A stretch of 64,000 nt of DNA. It comes from Camelus ferus. Taxonomy: Eukaryota. The stretch is taken from positions 34,164,001 to 34,228,000 of the forward strand of contig NC_045696.1 in NCBI RefSeq assembly GCF_009834535.1, given 5' to 3'. Of this stretch, positions 54,128-64,000 are shown piece after piece. Under the pieces are notes generated by a model, which worked only from the letters and a program-made list of their open reading frames with translations, was not told where the DNA came from and searched no databases. The number at the start of each line of letters is the position of its first letter. Within the stretch, counting starts at the first letter, position 1. Position numbers and translations under genes: made by a program.

Positions 54128-54360
54128 AATAATAGTTTATGTTACTACAAGCTAAGACTTAACTGTGTACAAAGCTCTATTATGAGCATTTTACATATAT
54201 TGACTCAATTATCATCACACCTTTAGCATAGGATAACTATTATTGACAATTTACAGATTAAAAACTGCGTCATAGAGTAGCTTACTAATGTGCCCAAGAC
54301 CCATGGCTGGTAAGTGGGAGGTGATTCAATGTGACTAATCTGACTTAGAGCTCACTCAAA
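54128..54360 (-). mobile_element. MIR SINE
   Basis: 'ctattattgacaatttacagat...tgcccaagacccatggctggtaagtgg'. Confidence 0.75.
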
Positions 54361-56196
54361 ATAATGAGGCTTTCCTGGTGGAGAGCTGGGGCTTTTTCCT
54401 TGGATTAGGGGGTAGGTGGGAGGGAGGGAGGTAGAAGATTAGAGCAGCGGAGGTTGAAAGGTAAATAAAACAGCATGGGCAGATTCAGAGTACTAACAAT
54501 TATGTAGTGATTTTGAATATCATGCGTAAGAAATCAGGATTCGGACTTGAGTAGACCAGTGAGCAACAGGTCCTGCAGCGCAGATGGGAAAGGTTTATTC
54601 CAAGCCTCCCTACCTTGGGCTTGAATCCTGGCTCATTCACTTACCACTCGTGGGGTCTTGCACACCTGACCTCTTTGACCCTCTTTCTTCAAACATTTCA
54701 TGAAGTGGGTATAAGAATTAATTGAAGAGACTAGATAAATTAGAGCTATTTTATGACTATGTCAGTAGCCACAAAAAAGTTAATCCACAAAAGCTCAAGT
54801 TAGACCCAATTTAGTGACTTCAGTGTGTCTCATCTCTGACCAGGGACACTCAAGGAACTGAATGCAGGGGCCTAACTAGGTTGTATCTGATTATGTCAAA
54901 GCTCTGTGGCCAATTTCCTGCATATTTTCTCTTCCTGCCCTCATCTAAAGGACACTTCATGTGGGTTTCTGCCTTTTAGTTATCTTAACCAATGTGGGTA
55001 AAAATCAATGCTTTTACAAAGGCAAGTAATCCTTAAAGTTTTCCTCCTCCCCACATAAACCTCTGTGCAACTTTATATATGTGGAGATACAATAAACATG
55101 GGATAATTATAAGTTGTGCATATGATGTCAGAAGACTATTCCTGTGACATTCGAAAGACACTGTTTTCAAAGCGCCTTCCTATAAAGTCAGTGCAAGTTA
55201 AATATAGAACTCCAGCTTGGTTCCACATAAATTATGGAGTTGGTCAGTCATGAAGAGAAAATTACATTTAGAGTTCCCACTGGCATTATAAGATGCAAAA
55301 CTGAAAAGGGCATTCTCACACTGAATAACAGGTGTCCCAGCTTCTTAATGTTGTTGTTTTCTGAGTGGAACCCAAGTCATGAGTTTTAAAATAAACTCAG
55401 AAGCCTGAGAGATTACTGCAGTGGGTTAATAAGCTTCATATTTTCTACTAGGGAGCAACCATGGGTTGACAGAATTGGCTCATTAAGGAATAATTATATT
55501 TTCTGTGATCTAATTTGAGTCTAAAACTCATGTCTGCATTTGGTTTTAATTTTTTTATCCTCATTTAATAAATCTTCCATCCATACTGGCTGTGAAGTGA
55601 ACTTGCATCATATTTGGCATTTCCTTTAATTTTCTCTAAATAAATACCTTCAACCAGAAATCATACATGTACTAGAAATAATGCCTTTTCACAATGATGT
55701 TTCTAATTTATTCCAGCTAGGTTCAGATCTCAACCATATTACCATTTTTTTAAGAAAATTAAAAAATTATTCAATTATTACTGTAGATGTTGACATCAGC
55801 CCTTGAGTTACAGTGTTTAGGTCAGTTTTTTTTAGGACTGAAACATACTACAATATAATTAGAGGGCAGCCTTTATCCATATTGCCAAGAGCCAGAAAAG
55901 TAATCAACCTTGAACCAGGAGCCAAGGAGAATCATGGTGTTATAGTCTGCAGCTTGTCTTAAGAAAAGACTAATTTTGTACCATTTCTGTTCTCATCATA
56001 TCATTTTATCAAAAGAAAATGCTTAAAAATAGAAAATTAAAGTGAGTCTCCAAAGTATTATCAATCTATAACTCTTTCTCACAGGAAAGAGCAGGTAAAA
56101 TCCATTCACCTATTCTAAGAATAAAAAAAGGAGTAAGAATTAGGGAAGAGTTGATTCCCGACCAGTTCATGAGAGATCTGCCATTTATCTCTCAAG

Positions 56197-56270
56197 TGTT
56201 TTGTTTTGTTTTGTTTGTTTTTTGTGTGGTTTTTTGGTGTGGTTTGGGGGTTTGGGGTTTTTTGTTTTTT
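56197..56270. repeat. T/G-rich low-complexity (TTTTG)n-like tract
   Basis: Direct reading. Confidence 0.85.
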
Positions 56271-56532
56271 GCTTACTAGAACAAGCAATCACCCCAAAAA
56301 TGATTACCAAAATAGACAGGAAGAAGAGAGTGTAGAAAGTAGAAAGAGTAAGAGAATAGAGAGCCTAAAGTGTCATTTTAGTGACTAACACAAAAATCAG
56401 TACATCTAATTCAAGAGATAATTGATGATCAGAATGTTTTTCAATCAAAATCTTATTAGTCAGGCATCACATTTATTCATTTTCTTAGGAAAAGGCTTTT
56501 CATGTCACTGAATCTAGTATAGGTATACTCAA

Positions 56533-57678
56533 TATTTAAATATAAGCCCAGGAACTATAAAACTTCTAGAGAAAAAACTTAGAAGAAAAGCTTTATGACA
56601 ATGTGTTTGACAACGATTCTTTTTCATTTGACACCGAAAGCACACACATCAAAAGCAAAGTGTAGATCCACTTCAAACTAAAGAGTATCTGCACAGCAAA
56701 GGTAACGATCAACAAAGTGAAAAGGCAGCTCACAAAATAGGAGAAACCATTTGCAAACAATATATCTGATGAGTAATTAACATTCAAAATATAATAAGAG
56801 CTCTCACAACTCAACAGCAAAAACACAAATAACTAGATTAAAAAATGGGGAAAAGGCTGAATGGGCATTTCTCCAAAGAAGATATACAAACGGCCAGATG
56901 CTGAACTTCACCAGTCATCAGGGAAATACAAATCAAAGCCACAATAAGATATCACCTCACACGTGTTAAGATGGATATTAATTTTAAAAAAAGATACATG
57001 TTAGTGAAGATGTGGAGACATTGGGACCCTTGCACACTATTGATGGAAATGTAAAATAGTGCAGCTGCAGTGGAAAATAATATGGTGGTTCCTCAGAAAA
57101 TTAAATATAGAACTGCCTCATGATACAGCAATCCCACTGCTGGGTATATATCCAAAAGAATTGTAATCAGAATCTCAAAGACATATATACCAAACGTTCA
57201 TTGCAGGATTATTTATAATAGCCAAGACACAGAAACTACCTAAATGTCTATCAACAAAAGAGTTAACAAAAAAAATGTGGTATATACATGCAGTTGAATA
57301 TTGTTCAACCTTAGGGAAAAAAAACAGTCTGCAATGTGAATCATGAATGAAACTGGGGTGCATTATACCAAGTGAAATAAGCCAGTTATCGATGTTCAGA
57401 TAATGCATACTTCCACTTATATGAGGTATCTAAAGCACTCAAACTCATAGAAACAGAGAGTAGAATGGTGACTGCTAGGCCCTGGGGCAGAGGAGGGAGG
57501 AAGGAGAAGTCACTGTTCGATGGGTATAAAGTAGTAGTCATGCAAGATAAATAAACTCTAGGGATCTGCTGTACACATAGTGTCTATAGTTAACATTACT
57601 GTATTGTGCACTTAAAACTGTTAAGAGGGGAGATCTCACGTTAAGTGTTCTTACCACAATTAAATAAATAAATAAATG
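56533..57678 (+). mobile_element. L1MA/L1MB-type 5'-truncated L1 (ORF2 C-terminus plus 3' UTR)
   Basis: Continuous L1 similarity from 'aactataaaacttctaga' through 'cagcaatcccactgctgggtatatatccaaaaga' to 'gttcttaccacaat' and a (TAAA)n tail. Confidence 0.95.
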
Positions 57679-57687
57679 TCCTGCAGT

Positions 57688-57727
57688 GATTGATTGATTG
57701 ACAGATAGATAGATAATAGATAGATAG
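57688..57727. repeat. (GATT)n/(GATA)n compound microsatellite
   Basis: Direct reading. Confidence 0.85.
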
Positions 57728-58724
57728 TGTTTATTTGAAGGATTAATACCACATTTAAGATAAATGGTTCAGATCACATGTACCCAGTATTTTTTCAGTT
57801 GTTCTGAATATTATGAGACTTTCCCATGTTATGAACACTTAAATCAGTTACAGTAAAATGAAAGAACAAATTATTTGCATGGGAAAAGAACCCTTTTTCA
57901 AATATAGGACTTCTTAGGACATTGTATTTCTTCCTTTAACCTATTTGCTTACCGCAGATTGAGACCAACCCAAGAGGAGGCAAAAACCCACCTGGGAGTA
58001 TGTGCCTAGTAGTTCAGGTTTTAGTGAGTTTTCCCGAAATAATATGATCATTATTTATGACTAAGCCATAAACACTTTGAAAAAGGAACTAATAATATTG
58101 GGATTATTTACTTCTTTGATTTTTGGATTCCTTGAATACATACAACTTTAGCTATCACATCATATTTTTGTAGCATCCCCTTTTAATATTTTCAACATTC
58201 TTATGGATAAACATTTGCATATCCACATAATTATAGTTAATTTTAATTTACTTTAGAATTTTTTCCTTGTTGATGTTGCTATTTATGTAATATAACTAAT
58301 AATGAAAATACCATATGTTAGCTTTTTAATTCCATATACACAATAATTTGAATATTAAAATCAATATTAGAATTGAATATTAAAGTCAAAATCAATTGAA
58401 TATTAATATCAATATTAGATTTTAATAGAAGATTCAAAACAAGGTAAAAATTTTGCATATAGATTTCTGAATTTAGACATAATCAGATGTTAGAAAATTT
58501 GTATTTTATGGAAAGATGCCTTGAGCCTTGCAAAGTAGGATCAAGAGAACAAGGATTCTAACTGAAATCTTTGTAAGCTCTGGTCTCCAGTTCCTGTAAA
58601 CTGTGAAGGCTTAGCTTAATAGACATTGTATAATGAGGCGCCTTAAGGAAATCTTAGTCATCAGGTTTAGCTCTATCTCAGACCTGTATAAAAGAATGTA
58701 CGCTTAGAAACTTCATAACTATAA

Positions 58725-58900
58725 TTATAAATAAAATACTTACGGAGTAGTTACTATGTACCATGCACTGTGCAATGAAGTCTACATAAGTTCTCTTTTA
58801 TTCCTCAGATCAATCTTATAATATAGCTACTATTATTACACTATTTTACACATGGAGAAAATGAGACTTTTTAAAGATTGAATATCTTGCCCAATTGCAG
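58725..58900 (-). mobile_element. MIR SINE
   Basis: 'ttactatgtaccatgcactgtgc...tattttacacatggagaaaatgagac...tcttgccca'. Confidence 0.75.
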
Positions 58901-60253
58901 AGACCTAGACAGTAACTCTAAGAGGAAAAATTGAGGACACAGTAGTTTCTTTAGCACAGTCATTTTGATTCAAATATTCAAAAATAAAGTTCCAAGAAAT
59001 AATTAGATATTTCTTAAGTCCCACCCAGTACGACAGCATGATATAGTTCACCTGTAGGTTTTCTCTAACACTGTTTACCCTGATTCTAGCTCATCCTTAG
59101 GGACCACTTTAGAGCACACTTACTCCTTTTCTGTGCAAACTCCCTGTTTACTTGCAGGCAGTTTTCAAGTTCTCTCCCTCTTCTTGAGAGCAAACATCCT
59201 CATTATTCTCATGGAATGTGTTTCTCACCCTGTCACTCTTCAGGAAATCTGCTTCTGGTGTGCTTTGGTTTGCTAATGCCTTTAAAATGAGGCAATAAGA
59301 GAGTTAAAAGTAGGAAACATTAAAGGCTAGATAAATTAAAGAACACAAGTCCTTGGGAAGAGGGGGTTTCAATAGAAACTGAATAAAAATAAGGGCCTAA
59401 TAATAAGAAAAAAGGGATCACTAACAAAAAACATACTTCAAGTATTGGCTTAGTGCTGGTCCAGCCAATGATAGCTAAAATTAGTTTTATGCTTCCATCT
59501 GTTGCTCCCTGAGTCATGCACAGAACATAATTCTCTATGTGGTTGGATCTGAGGTTAGCAGACGCTCTTTAAAATGAAGTTCAAATGAGTTTTCTTTTCC
59601 TCAGGCTTGCTGCCTGGAAGATTGTTTGCTTAGCTTAATGTTCTTTACCTTAATGTTTTAGGATATTTTACTAATTTACTTTTATCTTTTCTGCTTAATA
59701 TAAATTATAAGAGAATCTGAAACTCCCATTACATGAAAATGCAAGCCCATGCAAGAGAATACTGTAACTCACTACACGATGATCTTCCACTTTATAGTAA
59801 CAGGTAAATATTACATAAGTCATTGCAGTTTTACTTCACTCATTTCATTAAGCACAGAGTCTAAAATGTTTATTGATATTTTACATTTCTCTTAGCTTAT
59901 AGTCTTTATTAACTAACTTAATTTTCCATGTTTTCAATATTACAAATATAAGAAGGTAGATTTGAATTGTTAGGGTAATCAAAGAAATATCTAGCTTAGT
60001 TAAAAGTTAGTTATTACTAATAGCTCATAAAATATGTAGTAATAAGATTAATGACATGCATCAATATTATTGATATTCTCTAAGAAGTCATAAAGAGAAT
60101 ATCTCATATTAATTCTATAATAGGAATTCTCCCTAAATTAAAAGAATGAATATTAGACTGCTTCACATGGCAGCAATGACTGGAAAGCAAATGAGATCAT
60201 CCATTCAATTAAAATATTACAGAGTAGTTTCATCCATTCAATTAAAATATTAC

Positions 60254-60592
60254 AGAGTAGTGAGAGTGGGCATCTTTGTCTTGTTCCAGATTTTAGCTGG
60301 AAGGCTTTCAACTTTTCACCATTGAGTATTATCTTGGCCATGGGTTTGTCACAAACAGCTTTTATTATGTTGAGATAGAGTCCCTCTATACCCATTTTGG
60401 TAAGAGTTTGTTTTTTATCATAAATGGGTGCTGAATTTTATTAAATGCTTTTTCAGCATCTATTGAGATGATCATGTGATTTTTGTCCTTTCTTTTGTTG
60501 ATGTGGTGTATCACATTGATTGATTTGCATATGTTGAAACATCCTTGTGTCCCTGAGATGAACCCAACTTGATCATAGTGTATGATCTTTTT
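60254..60592 (-). mobile_element. Inverted L1 ORF2 reverse-transcriptase segment (frameshifted)
   Basis: Minus-strand ORFs give '[58 protein letters not shown]' and '[45 protein letters not shown]'. Confidence 0.95.
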
Positions 60593-61440
60593 CTCAATAT
60601 CGCTAATTATCAGAGAAATGCAAATCAAAACTACAATGAGGTAATGGCCATCATTAAAAAGTCCACAAATGATAAATGTTGGAGAGGGTCTGGAGAAAAG
60701 GGAAGCCTCCTACACTGGTGGGAATGTAAATTGGTTCAGCTACTATGGAAAACAGTATGGAGGTTCCTTAAAGAACTAGAAATAGAGTTACTATTTGATC
60801 TAATAAACCCATTCCTGGGCATATCTCTGGAAAAGATGAAAACTCTGATTCAAAAAGATGCATGAACCCCAATGTTCATAACAGCACTATTTACAACAGC
60901 CAAGACATGGAAGCAACCTAAGTGTCCATGAGCAGATGACAGGATAAAGAAATTGTGTATTATACAATGGAACACTACTCAGCCATAAAAAATAATAAAA
61001 TAATGCTATTTGCAGCAAAATGGATGGACCTGGAGATTGTCATTCTAAGTGAAGTAAGCCAGAAAGAGAAAGAAAAATACCATATGATATCACTCATATG
61101 TGGACTCTAAAAAAAAAAGACATAAATGAACTTATTTACAAAACAGAAACAGACTCACAGATATAGGAAAAAAAAAAAAACAACTTATGGTTACCAGGGG
61201 GGGAAAAGGGATGGAAGGGATAAATTAGAAGTTTGAGATTTGCAGATACTAACTACTATATATAAAAAAAAGCAACGAGTTTATACTGTATAGCACAGGG
61301 AACTATAGTCAATATCTTGTAGTAACCTATAATGAAAAAGAATATGAAAATGACTATGTATATGTACATGTATGACTGAAACATTTTGCTGTAAACCAGA
61401 AATTGGCACAACATTGTAACTATACTACAATTTAAAAAAA
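60593..61440 (+). mobile_element. L1 ORF2 C-terminal (CCHC) region plus 3' UTR and poly(A)
   Basis: ORF 60569-60865 '[49 protein letters not shown]'; 3' UTR matches the 53-kb copy. Confidence 0.95.
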
Positions 61441-61993
61441 CTCATTTAATTAATACATGGAGCTATCTAAATTTTAACACAGACAGACTTTCCTGAGTTC
61501 AGAGTCCACAAATTGAAAATAAATTCTGGAACCCTTCACTTTGTTTAAGTGCTGCACTAAGCAGTGGAGACAGAGATGAATAAGAAAGGATTCTTTCCCA
61601 CAAAGCCTAGTGTAGAAGACATCAACAAATTTAGTCCAATTTAATAAGTGCAATGAGAAGATTCCAAACTGCCTTGAGATCTGGGAAGAAAGATCCCTAA
61701 TCCAATATGCATATTTTAGGAGGAGGTAGGGTTGGACAGAGCCCACTGTGAGTAATGTATGTGTACCCCCTATACATGTAACTTTGTAAGATACATGTGT
61801 CCTTGGTAAATTTTTTGGTCTGTACTATTTGCTAATTTTTTTTGTTTGTTTAGCATAATAGTTTATTAGTTGTTTCATCATCTTTAAACACAGGGACAAT
61901 TTAGAATTAGGTATAGAAATATTCAACAGAATCTCAGCCATAATACTAATATTTTGTTTTAAATTTGTACATTTATGTATGTTTGAGTATTTG

Positions 61994-62321
61994 TTTTTTA
62001 TTTTTTTAATTTTGATATTTATTGGAGTGTAGTTGATTTACAATGTTAGTTCCAGGTGTACAGCAAAGAATTCAGTTATACATATACATACACATTTTTT
62101 TTCAGATTTTTTTCCATTATATGCTATTAAAAGAAATTGAATATAGTTCCTTGTGCTATACAGTAGGTGCTTGTTATCTTTTTATATATTGTAATGTGTA
62201 TCTGTTAATTCCAAACTTCTAATTTAGCTCTTCCTTGCCCTGTCCCCTTATGATAACCACAGTTTGTTTTCTATATCTGAGAGTCTATTTTTGGTTTGTA
62301 AATAAAATTAGTATCATTTTT
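61994..62321 (-). mobile_element. Cetartiodactyl-type L1 3' UTR
   Basis: 'tttattggagtgtagttgatttacaatgttagttccaggtgtacagcaaag...atagttccttgtgctatacagtagg'. Confidence 0.9.
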
Positions 62322-64000
62322 GTTTGCTAATTTATCTCTAGTACCTGTAACAGTGCTTGGCATATATCAGTTGCTCAAAAATATATTTGGTGGAAAAAAA
62401 TTACTTTTCCCATTGATACTACACTAGTTATTCCTTTATATGATTGATTATAAACTTCGGGATCTATATAGTTGTTTAATTGGAAGAGGGCAATAAATAT
62501 TTATACTAAACTAAGCAACCAATAGCTTTCAGAAATATCACATTATCAAGCAGAAAATACTCTTGAGCTATTATTACTTTAGTCCCATACAAGAATGCAC
62601 TGGTAAATTATAAATACAAAGCCAGAACTGCACAGGTTTGTTGGGGCTTACAGAAAAGAGAATAACTTGAATCAGTGCAAAAGCAAATATGAGCTCCCAC
62701 TTGCAACTACAGAGCTGGACTGAGATTTAAAGCAAAGGAAAGGACAAAGTTATTAGTCACTCAATTTGATATTTTTTTTACATTTGTTTAATCGATTGTT
62801 CCTCTATTAGGAGTTAATAAAATTACAATGGAAAGGATATTTTTGAAATTTTTTTTTAAAATGTAAGAACTTTCCCTCTAAATATCAGGAGAATAAATGT
62901 TACTGGACACTCTCTTAGTCCTTACTGAAAGTAAGATTTCCTAAGTGAAATACATGAGCCCTCAGCAAGCTGACATTGCAGTAACATAAAGAAACATGAA
63001 ACTGTTGGAAAGCAGGAAAAGTCAAGATGTTCAAATCGCCTTTCCCTAGATAGCTTCCCTATATTTAGTTTCAATGGAAAATAGAATGTTTTAAGACTCC
63101 ATTTCTGCCGAGGTTAGGTCATCATGGCCTTAATAAAAACTTATTTTTTTTTCCTTTTTGAGTTTAGAAATTTCAGGAGTTCCTCCTTGCCCAGCTGTGA
63201 GCTCACCTACCATTTTCCCTCACTATCCCATTTTTATGCATGACTTATAAATTCACTTTAGAAAGTACCAGATAAAACTGATAGTTGCTTTTTAGATAAC
63301 ATTTTCTAATTAAATGTTGAAATAGAATCTAAGGTGAAAGATATTCATCCAACTTGCCGAGATAATTTGGTATGCTCTTGGCACTTTTGAAACTAAAGCT
63401 AGATTAACTGTGGTATCTTATCAGTCATATGCTTGATAACACTATTATAGTAATTTAAGGAAAATTAGTATAATAAATCTCTTTTATGAGTGCATATATT
63501 GCTCTTCATGTAGAGGAAAAACTTTCATATTCTCATATGTTATACTAGACCACTGATTCATTACATGCCATTCTAAGGGATATAAAAGGCATGATGAATG
63601 AAATTTGGCTTCACATTTTATTACTTTAAAATTCAGCTTTCCTAATTGCAAAGATGTTAATAATTATTAAGTTTTCAAAGAAAATCCTTGAGTTTATGAA
63701 TTTTAGATACTTCATGTAAACCAAAATAAAAAATAATAATAACACCATATATGTTATGACCTTGGTTAAGTCATACTTCTGTCCTAAAAATTCTTCAGTG
63801 AGGCACTTAAATCCTTTCTGCTCAGATTCCACTTCACCATCTACTTAGGGAAGTCCTAACTATAGGTCATCGCCCACAAGACAATAAAAACAGCTTTCAG
63901 CCATGTCTAGTTAGCAAGTCATTTTTTTCAGTCCTTTAGTAAACCACATTTTCTAAGCAAGCAAACAATTTATGTTGATTCTATGGTCAATAATGAGTTT

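Noticed and set aside
1..64000. CRISPR array, operon or other novel multi-gene system
   Set aside because: This is mammalian repeat-rich DNA with no regularly spaced repeat-spacer array and no intact coding genes visible.

Overview
This is AT-rich, CpG-depleted mammalian genomic DNA that looks intergenic or deep-intronic, most likely from a camelid. The species call rests on a tRNA-Ala-derived Vic-1-like SINE, several copies of a cetartiodactyl-type L1 3' UTR, and no recognisable Alu, B1, Bov-tA/BovB or PRE-1 elements. I found no credible protein-coding gene, RNA gene or novel multi-gene system. The only ORFs with recognisable protein are decayed L1 ORF1/ORF2 pieces. Most recognisable content is transposon fossils: L1, L2, L3/CR1, MIR, MaLR (MLT1) LTRs, ERV solo LTRs and MER5 hAT elements. 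Family names are by-eye recognition and need RepeatMasker/Dfam confirmation. The most interesting structures are: (1) an L1 insertion with an apparent ~140-bp 3' transduction and an 11-bp target-site duplication (TSD) that splits an L2 (61.8-62.3 kb); (2) a 5'-inverted (twin-primed) L1 with a large internal gap and a 32-bp junction duplication (60.2-61.4 kb); (3) two inverted copies of one ERV1-type solo LTR about 4 kb apart; (4) a small non-repeat CpG-rich promoter-like patch at 28.5-28.7 kb; and (5) a CRE-motif cluster at 6.9 kb.
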